DNA of 64,000 nt from positions 52,019 to 116,018 of the forward strand of contig CALNAK010000035.1 in assembly GCA_937874185.1 (NCBI GenBank), given 5' to 3'. Shown one piece after another: positions 19,227-28,529 of this stretch. The position numbers were made by a program, and so were the translations under genes. The notes below the pieces were generated by a model, which ran no database searches, was not told where the DNA came from, and saw nothing but the letters and a program-made list of their open reading frames with translations. Positions within the stretch are counted from its first letter, which is position 1. Every line of letters begins with the position of its first letter. The stretch is from an uncultured Lactobacillus sp. Lineage in GTDB: Bacteria > Bacillota > Bacilli > Lactobacillales > Lactobacillaceae.

Positions 19227-22200
19227 ATGAATTCCAGACAACAAGACTATATTATCGGATTGGACATTGGTACAAACTCAGTTGGTTGGGCCGTCACCGA
19301 TAGCCATTATAATTTGCTTCATTTTAAAAAAAAGGATCTATGGGGCGTTCGCCTTTTCAAGGGCGCTGACACAGCAAAGGCTAGACGAGTTTTTAGATCT
19401 ACTAGACGAATTTATCGTAGGAGGCATAATAGACTTAAATGGTTGAACGAAATATTCTCAAAGGAATTATATAGAGTTGATAAATCATTTCTAACCCGTA
19501 TGAATTCTTCGTGGATTTCAAAAAAGGATAAAACAAGAAAAAGAGACAAATATAATTTATTCATAGATGAAAATTTTACTGACTCTGAATACTACAAAAA
19601 ATATCCAACTATTTTTCATCTAAGAAAAAGACTAATTGAGGATACATCAAAGGCCGATATTAGACTAGTTTATTTGGCAATCCATAACATTATAAAATAT
19701 CGTGGTAATTTTAATTATGAGAACAAAAAATTTGATATATCACATATTGCCGGCGGTCTATCACCAGCATTAGAAGATCTAAGCAATCTTCTTCACCTAT
19801 TCGGTATAGAGTTCACAAATAAAGATAATTCTAAAAAAATAAGTTCTATTTTGATTAAAGATGAAGGTACAAAAAAAAGAATTGACGATATATTTGAAAC
19901 AATGCGCCTAGATAAAGATTCCAAAAAGAATACACGACAAGTTCTAAATTTGATTTTAGGTAACAAATCGGATTTGAACATAATTTTTTCTATTAATCTG
20001 GATAAAGACAATTCAAAGTTGTCCCTCTCAGATGGAGATATTGAAAGTAGCTTAGAAAAATTTCAATCGCTTCTTACAGAAGATCAATTCAAAGTTATTA
20101 CTACTGCAAATGAAATCTACAGTACAATTATACTAAATAAAATTTTAGATGATAAAAGTAAATATATAAGCTTTGCAAAAGTAAAACAATATGAAAATCA
20201 CAAAGATGATTTAGCTATTCTAAAGACTATGTGGAATAATCCTAAAAACAAAGAAATCAGTCAAACGGCTAAACAAGCCTATAAAGATTATTTGGATAAA
20301 AATAAGTACGGTCGTCAAGAATTATATTTAGACTTGAAAAAGTTTTTTAAAGTTGCTAAACCAGAGAATTTAGCAACTGACACTTTAAAGAAAATTGAAA
20401 ACGAAAAATATTTATTAAAACAAAGAAGTACTGATAATGCTGTAATACCATTTCAATTAAACAAATATGAATTAGAAGAAATTATCGATAACCAGTCAAA
20501 GTATTATCCTTTTTTGCTTGAAGATAAGGAAAAACTAATATCCCTCCTAAGCTTCAGAATCCCATATTATGTTGGACCTCTCCAATCAAATAACAACAAA
20601 TTTGCATGGATGGAGCGAAAAGCAAAGGGAAACATAAGACCTTGGAACTTCGACGATCTAGTGGATCGTGAAAAGTCATCCAATAAATTTATCAAACGAA
20701 TGACAGGTACAGATACATTTTTAATTGGAGAACCTGTTTTACCAAAAAATAGTCTAATTTACCAAAAATATGAAGTATTAAACGAATTAAACAATATCAG
20801 AGTAATCACAAACGAATACGAGAATCCATTGGGTGAAAAATTAACTGTAGAAATAAAGCAACAAGCATATGATGAATTATTTAAAAAATATAAAACAGTA
20901 AAAACAAAAACAATGATAGATTGGTTAAAATTTAAAGGTTTTTATGTTGCCCCAAGAATCTCTGGATTATCCCAACCTGATCAATTCAATTCTAACTTAG
21001 ATACATATATCGATATGAAGGGGATTTTTGAATCAAATTTTGTAGACAACCCAGACAACCTAAATCAACTAGAAGAATTAATTGAATGGCTAACTGTATT
21101 CGAAGACAAAAAAATTCTATCCGAAAAGTTGAATAACTCTTCATACAATTACACTGACAAACAAATCAATAAACTTAGCAATATACGATACAAAGGATGG
21201 GGCAAATTATCTCTAGAGAGTCTAACTCAAATAAAAACAAACTCAAATTTGAAGGATGACAAATCCATTCTAGATTTAATGTGGGAAACAAAAAATAACT
21301 TTATCCAAATTTTCCATAATAATAAATACGAATTTGAAAAGAAATTTGAAGATTATAATTTAGGTAAAAACAGTGAATTAGACACATCAGAGCTGATTGA
21401 TGATATTCATACCTCACCGGCTTTAAAACGTGGAATAAAACAATCATTACTTTTGGTTAATGAAATCGTTAAATTCATGGGACACAATCCATCACATATT
21501 TTTGTCGAAGTTACACGTGAAAGCAGTAAGAAAGAAATTACTGATTCAAGATACAAGCGTTTAACAAAAATATATTCAACATTAAAAAATAAATCAAATG
21601 AAATTATTGATGATCAAAAGGAATATATTATTCCTAGCAAAAAATTAGAAAAAGAATTAGGAAAATATGGAACTCAGCTATCCAATGAAAAATACATGCT
21701 CTACTTTTTACAAAATGGTCATTCTGTGTACTCTCCTAAATCATTTAACATCAATGATTTATCAAATTATGAAGTGGATCATATTATCCCTAGATCATAT
21801 ATTCCTGATAATTCATTAGAAAATAAAGCACTAGTTTTCAGTGGAGAGAATCAAAATAAATCAGACTCACTTTTACTAACTCAAGAGATAATCAATAAAA
21901 ATATTAATCGATGGCAATATATGCTTGACCATGGAATGATGGGCCCTAAGAAATTTAAAAACTTAACAAGGACTAAAATAACTGAAAATGATCAAAAAGG
22001 ATTCATAAATCGACAATTAGTACAAACATCGCAAATCATTAAACAAGTAATAAATATTTTAAATTTACAATTTAAAGATTCTGAAACCATTTGTTTACAG
22101 TCTAAGGCAAATTTATCGACCTCTCTAAGAGCTGCATTCAGTGGCGAGAAAAAAGACTTCCATTTCAAACATCCAGAGTTTGTTAAAAACCGTGACGTCA

Positions 22201-23252
22201 ATGATCTTCATCATGCTCAGGATGCGTACTTGGCTTGCCTACTTGGAATATATTGCCTACATGAATTTCCAACTGACGAAATGTTACTAGTCCAAAAGAA
22301 ATATAAAGAGTTCTTTTCAAAAACAAAAGAATCGTTCAGAAAAAACGGAAAATTACCAGATAGTGATGCAAATGGATTTATTATCAGCCCAATGATAAAG
22401 GGAACTAAACATTTCACTAGGGATGATTTTAAAAAAGTAAGTAATATTTTTAAATATAAACAGTGCAATATAACTAATAAACCTACCTTTGGTAAGGGAC
22501 AATTTTATAAACAAACCATTTATTCTCCAAAAGAAAAAAAGAATCTAGTTCCCTTGAATGAAAGATTAGATTCAACTATCTATGGTGGCTACACAAATCA
22601 AGAAACTGCTTATACAGATATTATAAGAATTAATAAAAAATCATATAAGTTAATCAAAATTCCAATAGAAATAGCAAAAAAAATAAGTAAAAATAAAATC
22701 AATCCACACGAATGGATACGTTCAAATGTGGAGCCTAAAAGACCTTTTGAAATCATAAAAGAAAGAGTTCCAAAAGGTCAACTAACGTATAGTAAAACAA
22801 ATGGATATCTATCTATAGTATCAGGATCAGAAATAGAAAATGCACAGCAACTATTCCTTTCATACGAATCAATAGCACTTTTAACCATTTTAAAGAAATC
22901 AGATGCTATTAAGCATAATCAGATACTTGCTTTTTATGACAAAGATATATTAAATAATATATTCTTAGAAATATTAGGCAAAATGAAAAAGTTCTATCCA
23001 TTTTATGATAATGAGAGAAAATTTCTAGAAAAATCATATGATTCCTTCAAAGATGCAATAATCGAAGATAAAATAAATACCTTATTCGAATTGCTAAAAA
23101 TGTTACATGCCATTTCTGGTGACGCAACTTTTGAATTTAATAATATATCTAAAGATAGATTTGGAAGAAAAAGATCTATGAATATTAAAAATACTGATTT
23201 AATTTATAAATCTCCTACGGGATTATATGAATCAAAATTCCATATTGACTAA
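19227..23252 (+). CDS. cas9: Type II-A CRISPR-associated endonuclease Cas9
   Basis: 1341 aa with RuvC-I IGLDIGTNSVGWAV, an Arg-rich bridge helix (RRVFRSTRRIYRRRHNR) and HNH YEVDHIIPRS..N..NKSD. It is followed by cas1-cas2-csn2 and the array. Confidence 0.97.
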   Translation: MNSRQQDYIIGLDIGTNSVGWAVTDSHYNLLHFKKKDLWGVRLFKGADTAKARRVFRSTRRIYRRRHNRLKWLNEIFSKELYRVDKSFLTRMNSSWISKKDKTRKRDKYNLFIDENFTDSEYYKKYPTIFHLRKRLIEDTSKADIRLVYLAIHNIIKYRGNFNYENKKFDISHIAGGLSPALEDLSNLLHLFGIEFTNKDNSKKISSILIKDEGTKKRIDDIFETMRLDKDSKKNTRQVLNLILGNKSDLNIIFSINLDKDNSKLSLSDGDIESSLEKFQSLLTEDQFKVITTANEIYSTIILNKILDDKSKYISFAKVKQYENHKDDLAILKTMWNNPKNKEISQTAKQAYKDYLDKNKYGRQELYLDLKKFFKVAKPENLATDTLKKIENEKYLLKQRSTDNAVIPFQLNKYELEEIIDNQSKYYPFLLEDKEKLISLLSFRIPYYVGPLQSNNNKFAWMERKAKGNIRPWNFDDLVDREKSSNKFIKRMTGTDTFLIGEPVLPKNSLIYQKYEVLNELNNIRVITNEYENPLGEKLTVEIKQQAYDELFKKYKTVKTKTMIDWLKFKGFYVAPRISGLSQPDQFNSNLDTYIDMKGIFESNFVDNPDNLNQLEELIEWLTVFEDKKILSEKLNNSSYNYTDKQINKLSNIRYKGWGKLSLESLTQIKTNSNLKDDKSILDLMWETKNNFIQIFHNNKYEFEKKFEDYNLGKNSELDTSELIDDIHTSPALKRGIKQSLLLVNEIVKFMGHNPSHIFVEVTRESSKKEITDSRYKRLTKIYSTLKNKSNEIIDDQKEYIIPSKKLEKELGKYGTQLSNEKYMLYFLQNGHSVYSPKSFNINDLSNYEVDHIIPRSYIPDNSLENKALVFSGENQNKSDSLLLTQEIINKNINRWQYMLDHGMMGPKKFKNLTRTKITENDQKGFINRQLVQTSQIIKQVINILNLQFKDSETICLQSKANLSTSLRAAFSGEKKDFHFKHPEFVKNRDVNDLHHAQDAYLACLLGIYCLHEFPTDEMLLVQKKYKEFFSKTKESFRKNGKLPDSDANGFIISPMIKGTKHFTRDDFKKVSNIFKYKQCNITNKPTFGKGQFYKQTIYSPKEKKNLVPLNERLDSTIYGGYTNQETAYTDIIRINKKSYKLIKIPIEIAKKISKNKINPHEWIRSNVEPKRPFEIIKERVPKGQLTYSKTNGYLSIVSGSEIENAQQLFLSYESIALLTILKKSDAIKHNQILAFYDKDILNNIFLEILGKMKKFYPFYDNERKFLEKSYDSFKDAIIEDKINTLFELLKMLHAISGDATFEFNNISKDRFGRKRSMNIKNTDLIYKSPTGLYESKFHID

Positions 23253-23259
23253 AAAGGAT

Positions 23260-23363
23260 AAAAAAATAGCCCCCACGCGGGAGCTGGCCAACATTACATT
23301 GACTAATTAACAATAATGTTTATTTTAACTGTAAGTAAGTCATCTCAATTACTCACGAACCAA
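23260..23363 (-). ncRNA. tracrRNA (predicted)
   Basis: The plus strand at 23322-23361 (ATTTTAACTGTAAGTAAGTCATCTCAATTACTCACGAACC) is repeat-like, so a minus-strand transcript carries the anti-repeat. The minus-strand promoter is TTGAAG (23396-23391), 17 nt, TATACT (23373-23368). Downstream come GTTAAAATAA plus a nexus-like AACAttatTGTT hairpin, then the terminator AGCTCCC-gcgt-GGGGGCT (23285-23268) and a T-run (23266-23260). Confidence 0.75.
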
Positions 23364-23417
23364 TTTTAGTATATTTCATTTTTAAGGAAACTTCAATTAA
23401 ATTTTAGGAGAATTGCT

Positions 23418-24293
23418 ATGGGCTGGGAAACTATCTACATTACTCAAAAATCGAAACTTTCTTACAAGGCTAATAATTTACTGATTCAAACTACGATGGA
23501 CGTCAAAACAATACCATTCCACCGAATCAACTGTATCATTGTGGCAACTACCCAATCGGTGATCACTGGTTATTTGATTTCCAAATTAATTGAACAAAAT
23601 ATTAAGGTTGTGTTCTGCTCTGAGAATCATAATCCTTGTGCGGAACTGACTGGATATTATTCCAATGTTAATAAGAATCAAAATATTGAAAACCAAATAT
23701 CTTGGCCAATTAATAAAAAGCAGGATTTGTGGACCCTAGTTGTTAAGAATAAAATTGAGAATCAAATAGTTGTTTTAGATAAATCTGATATTGATACAAA
23801 AGAAATCATTGATGAATATAATTCCATAATTGAAAACGATGAAACTAATCGTGAAGCTGTCATTGCCAAGAAGTATTTCCCTGCTTTATTTGGGGATGGT
23901 TTCACCCGTACTAACGAATCAACCCTCAGTATCATGCTAAATTATGGTTACACAATTTTACTTTCAGCTTCTAATCAAGAAATCGTCTCTCAAGGATATC
24001 TAACTCAACTGGGAATTCATCATCATAGTGTTAGAAACGACTTCAACCTTTCAAGTGATCTGATGGAACCCTTCCGCCAATTTGTTGATATGAAGGTCTT
24101 AGAACATAAAGACAATTACTTTGACGATTATGTAAAGCTAGAGTTAGTCGACGTTTTAAATCAAGAAATTATTTTTGATGAAAAAACTTATATCCTAAAA
24201 AATGCTTTGTCCAAATACATTCATGATTGTTTTGAATTCCTAAATGGCAAACGAGATCAGATTGGAAAAGTTGGTATGAAAGATGAGGAATAG
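23418..24293 (+). CDS. cas1: CRISPR-associated endonuclease Cas1 (type II)
   Basis: 291 aa in the expected position, with the family pattern (..NYGYTILLSA.. GIHH..N..FNLSSDLMEPFR). Confidence 0.9.
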   Translation: MGWETIYITQKSKLSYKANNLLIQTTMDVKTIPFHRINCIIVATTQSVITGYLISKLIEQNIKVVFCSENHNPCAELTGYYSNVNKNQNIENQISWPINKKQDLWTLVVKNKIENQIVVLDKSDIDTKEIIDEYNSIIENDETNREAVIAKKYFPALFGDGFTRTNESTLSIMLNYGYTILLSASNQEIVSQGYLTQLGIHHHSVRNDFNLSSDLMEPFRQFVDMKVLEHKDNYFDDYVKLELVDVLNQEIIFDEKTYILKNALSKYIHDCFEFLNGKRDQIGKVGMKDEE

Positions 24294-24297
24294 AGTT

Positions 24298-24603
24298 ATG
24301 AGATTAATTATAATGTTCGACCTTCCCACTTTAACTTCAGCCGATAGGAAAAACTATCGACAATTTAGAAAACACCTACTTCAAGATGGATTCTTAATGA
24401 TGCAGGAATCAATTTACACCTGTATCCTAATCGACCGCCAATCCGCTAACTTGTTAGAAAGAAAGATTTCTATGTATTCACCCAACAAAGGATTAGTTCA
24501 GTCAATGATTGTTACTGAGAAGCAGTTTGCTGCAATAAATTTTCTAACTGGAAAACAGAACAAATCGGTCGAGAATACTTTTGAAAGGTTGACAGTAATA
24601 TGA
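24298..24603 (+). CDS. cas2: CRISPR-associated endoribonuclease Cas2
   Basis: MRLIIMFDLPT.. is a typical Cas2 N-terminus. GAGGAA lies 7 nt before ATG 24298 (an alternative ATG is at 24283). The stop overlaps the csn2 start (ATGA). Confidence 0.85.
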   Translation: MRLIIMFDLPTLTSADRKNYRQFRKHLLQDGFLMMQESIYTCILIDRQSANLLERKISMYSPNKGLVQSMIVTEKQFAAINFLTGKQNKSVENTFERLTVI

Positions 24604-25304
24604 TTGGATCAATTACGATTTATCCATATGAACCCTTCCCTCTTGAATATGGTGTTACTTTATTCAATTTCCAAAATAAGTCTGAATACTCTCAATTAAT
24701 TTTTAGATTAAACAAATTAAAAAAACACGATACCTTGACCGATGACAGTGACCGTATCATGCACCTATATACCAATCCAGACAATTTGATTGAAGAATAT
24801 ATAAAGGATGTCGCTTTTATCGGTGATTTAACAACTTTTGATATCAATTCAACTAGTAACTTGAAATACGTATTTCAAAAAATTGTTTCTGATTCAACCA
24901 TCATGAGAGACCAAATTGAAACAGTAAATAATCAACTGAATGATGTTGTTTTTGATGCTATAACAACATACGATTCTCAAATTAGTTTGGATCCGTATTC
25001 TGATTTCGCAAAAATTTTAAAAGCTAAAGAAGTTCGTCTAGATGTTAGTAAATGGGGAAACTACTGTGATAAAATCATAGATGTAGTAAGTTTCTATAAT
25101 GAATTTACTAACAAAAAATTACTTCTATTTCATAACTTGGAACGACTATTAAATTTAGATCAATTAAATGAATTGGATGACTATCTAAAATCCGTTGATT
25201 TAACCATTGTTTCCTTAGAATCATATCCTATGACGTTGAAAGAAGATGGCAATAATATCAAAGTTTATTCCATTGATGAAGACCACGTTAGGTTTGATTA
25301 TTAG
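24600..25304 (+). CDS. csn2: Type II-A CRISPR-associated protein Csn2
   Basis: 234 aa. It is the fourth gene, between cas2 and the array, which is the position diagnostic of subtype II-A. Confidence 0.8.
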   Translation: MIGSITIYPYEPFPLEYGVTLFNFQNKSEYSQLIFRLNKLKKHDTLTDDSDRIMHLYTNPDNLIEEYIKDVAFIGDLTTFDINSTSNLKYVFQKIVSDSTIMRDQIETVNNQLNDVVFDAITTYDSQISLDPYSDFAKILKAKEVRLDVSKWGNYCDKIIDVVSFYNEFTNKKLLLFHNLERLLNLDQLNELDDYLKSVDLTIVSLESYPMTLKEDGNNIKVYSIDEDHVRFDY

Positions 25305-25324
25305 AGTTTGATTAAAAAACAACG

Positions 25325-26746
25325 GTTTTAGAAGTAAGTCATCTCAATTACTTATGAACCTCGTGAATTAACTGATAGGACTGTTTCGACGTTTTAGAAG
25401 TAAGTCATCTCAATTACTTATGAACCCAGTTTCATTATAGCTTCGGCAGCCAACTTGTTTTAGAAGTAAGTCATCTCAATTACTTATGAACCATCGTACC
25501 CAACTCTCTAGATTGTTCAGCAGTTTTAGAAGTAAGTCATCTCAATTACTTATGAACCAAGCCTTGAACATGTTCTCAACTTTTGGTGGTTTTAGAAGTA
25601 AGTCATCTCAATTACTTATGAACCGTACACGAACAATTAAAAGAGACAGACGGAGTTTTAGAAGTAAGTCATCTCAATTACTTATGAACCAAATTACTAC
25701 AATTAAAACAATCATTAAAAGTTTTAGAAGTAAGTCATCTCAATTACTTATGAACCGCCACCACTTGAAGTTTCCTGTGATAATGTGTTTTAGAAGTAAG
25801 TCATCTCAATTACTTATGAACCAAGTAATCACGTTGCAAGGTCAAAATAGTGGTTTTAGAAGTAAGTCATCTCAATTACTTATGAACCAATAAAATGGCA
25901 ATGACAGAAGTAGTTCATGTTTTAGAAGTAAGTCATCTCAATTACTTATGAACCGTTACAGCCAAAAATGACAGTTAACATGAAGTTTTAGAAGTAAGTC
26001 ATCTCAATTACTTATGAACCGTTGGTATTCCTGGTCAAGTTACTCACGCCGTTTTAGAAGTAAGTCATCTCAATTACTTATGAACCGAATCTGCATTGCT
26101 CGAGTTTTATTTGTTAGTTTTAGAAGTAAGTCATCTCAATTACTTATGAACCTTAACATTAGACGTTCATTCAAAAGCATGGGTTTTAGAAGTAAGTCAT
26201 CTCAATTACTTATGAACCTAATGGTAAAAAGAAATCATTATCCAAAGGGTTTTAGAAGTAAGTCATCTCAATTACTTATGAACCACTAGATATAACTAAG
26301 TTGAAACTAGAGATGTTTTAGAAGTAAGTCATCTCAATTACTTATGAACCACATGTTGGCAATGTTAGCACCAATATCCAGTTTTAGAAGTAAGTCATCT
26401 CAATTACTTATGAACCAAATCAAATTCAAGTGATTCCAATTTCAATGTTTTAGAAGTAAGTCATCTCAATTACTTATGAACCTAGTTCCACTAACTCCGA
26501 CAGAATCGAGGCGTTTTAGAAGTAAGTCATCTCAATTACTTATGAACCTCAAGCGCACCTAATTTTCTTACTCTCGCAGTTTTAGAAGTAAGTCATCTCA
26601 ATTACTTATGAACCAAAGCAATCGAAGACGTGATCCAATTTATCGTTTTAGAAGTAAGTCATCTCAATTACTTATGAACCTTGCTTGGTGAAGCTGGTGA
26701 ATCACACGCTGTTTTAGAAGTAAGTCATCTCAATTATTTATGAAGA
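25325..26746 (+). CRISPR. Type II-A CRISPR array with 22 repeats (36 bp) and 21 spacers (30 bp)
   Basis: GTTTTAGAAGTAAGTCATCTCAATTACTTATGAACC starts at 25325 and recurs every 66 nt up to 26711. The last unit is degenerate at its 3' end (..CAATTATTTATGAAGAGG). The leader-proximal end is next to csn2. Confidence 0.98.
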
Positions 26747-26756
26747 GGATCTCATT

Positions 26757-26912
26757 ATGAATCCAAAAAGGGTAAATATCTACACTAATATAATTTGCAC
26801 AATCGCCATACTTCTATCATTCTTCTTTTCTCAAAAAATATTATGGCCAGTATTTATCCTATGTGTGATTCTGGAAGTGGCCGCATATATCTTTAACAAA
26901 CGTCAAATTTAA
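26757..26912 (+). CDS. Small hydrophobic protein (51 aa, two predicted TM helices), absent from the ORF track
   Basis: ATG at 26757 lies 7 nt after GAGGA (26745-26749). Translation: MNPKRVNIYTNIICTIAILLSFFFSQKILWPVFILCVILEVAAYIFNKRQI*. Confidence 0.45.
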   Translation: MNPKRVNIYTNIICTIAILLSFFFSQKILWPVFILCVILEVAAYIFNKRQI

Positions 26913-27012
26913 TTTTCCATAAAGATAACCGTTTTACAGCTCAACCCCACCTAAGAACCGCCAGCCATATGTTATAATCAGCCTAACTATTACAGAAAAT
27001 AGGGGCTTTATT

Positions 27013-27564
27013 ATGCATGGAAATTATCGGGAACCTATCAATAAAAAGTATTTGATTATCTCACTTATTGGTGTCGCAATTATTGCTATTATCATGTCTG
27101 TTTTCACTTTAAGATCTCCCAGTAAAACGACGTCACATTCTACTTCTAACAAATCTAAAGTTGAATATACTGCTATCAAAAAGAACCTCGACAAGAAGTT
27201 CAATGACAATGGTCGAATCGTAGAAATCAAAGAAGAACACGACATTAATGACAGCACCAGCAAGAAACCTCATACGGTAATCGTAATTAGATTGATCGAC
27301 AATCAAACTCAAAAATACTTGAAGACTACTTATGAGGCGGTTCAAAATAACACGGCTTCTGAAGACCAAAAGATGTATATCTACTCAATTCAGAAGATTG
27401 TTTCTGATCAAGCTAAGAAATTACACAACGATAACGACGTTATACAGTTTGTCTATAAGGATGGTAAGAAGTACGTCCCTGTTGCCAGTTCCCAGAAGAA
27501 CAAGTTCCTCATAACTCCTGTAAAAATTCAAAATGATGATACTAAAAAAACAGCCGATTCTTAG
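27013..27564 (+). CDS. Hypothetical membrane-anchored protein
   Basis: 183 aa with an N-terminal TM segment (LIISLIGVAIIAIIMSVF), then a polar domain. RBS AGGGG and an own promoter TGtTATAAT at about 26968-26978. Confidence 0.6.
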   Translation: MHGNYREPINKKYLIISLIGVAIIAIIMSVFTLRSPSKTTSHSTSNKSKVEYTAIKKNLDKKFNDNGRIVEIKEEHDINDSTSKKPHTVIVIRLIDNQTQKYLKTTYEAVQNNTASEDQKMYIYSIQKIVSDQAKKLHNDNDVIQFVYKDGKKYVPVASSQKNKFLITPVKIQNDDTKKTADS

Positions 27565-27580
27565 GCTGTTTTTATTTTTG
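27550..27580 (+). terminator. Intrinsic terminator
   Basis: ACAGCC-gattctta-GGCTGT followed by TTTTTATTTTT. The stop codon lies in the loop. Confidence 0.7.
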
Positions 27581-27633
27581 ATTAATTGCTGCAATAGATA
27601 GCAGTTATTCTAATATTTATACATCATCAAATT

Positions 27634-28485
27634 TCACATAAATGGGTCATGGCTACCATAATAATACCCTTCGTCAAATCCAGAGTCGTAGTTATCGGTA
27701 TCTTCGCCACTGTCACCGGGGAAGCTGCCTCCTGAGTGATTGCCCCAGAAATATGGGATGGAAATCAAGACAATCAAACCTATCGTTATAAAAATTATTG
27801 TGTAACCAATCCGGTCGACATCATCAAATGTTTGTGCCTTTAACTTGGTGTCACTCTCTGACACTCGTTGCATTCTTGGGGTCAATCTTTCAGCAACTCT
27901 TATAGCAGCGTTAATTTTGGATTCATCGGAACCAACTTTCATTTGGGCTTTTGTACCAAAGGTAGCTCGCCAAACCGCGAAGTCCGTTATATAACGGTCC
28001 CCTCGTGTACTTGGATGAAAGTAAATTTGATTCTTCTCGAGATTAACAATTAAATAGTTGTTACTTCGATTCAATTTATTTTCGAATCTTTCACTGGCGT
28101 ATTCATCATAATCATCGTCATCAGGATCTTGTTTATCCTCTATATCATCAAGGGCAGAGTGAAAGTAATCTTCAGTTACAATACTGTCAGGTAAAGTAAT
28201 TCCTTTTCTGTATTGTCCATCTGTGTAATAATCACCGACAACGCCAATATCCTTACTGATTACCACATATAGTTTTTGCGGATATATTCCGGTATCGATG
28301 CGTTTATTAATGGCATTAATTTTATCTACTTGGCCATTAGTAATATATTCTTCGTCCTCATAGACATAATCGCCAACGTTAGAACCGTCACCATAATCTT
28401 CGGAGCTGGCTTGGACTATATTCAGTGATACTGACATCCCTAAAAACATAGTAAAGAATAATAACGCCATCCTAATTTTTTTCAT
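27634..28485 (-). CDS. TPM-domain-like secreted/membrane protein
   Basis: 283 aa with a signal peptide (..SLNIVQASS), an extracytoplasmic domain, one C-terminal TM segment and a Gly/Asp/Ser-rich tail. This architecture is typical of TPM (TLP18.3/Psb32/MOLO-1) proteins. The family call is by eye. Confidence 0.45.
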   Translation of the reverse strand: MKKIRMALLFFTMFLGMSVSLNIVQASSEDYGDGSNVGDYVYEDEEYITNGQVDKINAINKRIDTGIYPQKLYVVISKDIGVVGDYYTDGQYRKGITLPDSIVTEDYFHSALDDIEDKQDPDDDDYDEYASERFENKLNRSNNYLIVNLEKNQIYFHPSTRGDRYITDFAVWRATFGTKAQMKVGSDESKINAAIRVAERLTPRMQRVSESDTKLKAQTFDDVDRIGYTIIFITIGLIVLISIPYFWGNHSGGSFPGDSGEDTDNYDSGFDEGYYYGSHDPFM

Positions 28486-28529
28486 AATTTTCCCCTGAAT
28501 TACTATCTAATTAAGACTTTATCACTAAC

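Noticed and set aside
25486-26289. ORFs 25486..25893 (135 aa) and 26014..26289 (91 aa) in the ORF track
   Set aside because: They lie entirely inside the CRISPR array. Their sequence is the repeat translated over and over (FRSKSSQLLMN) with spacer-derived filler, so they are not genes.
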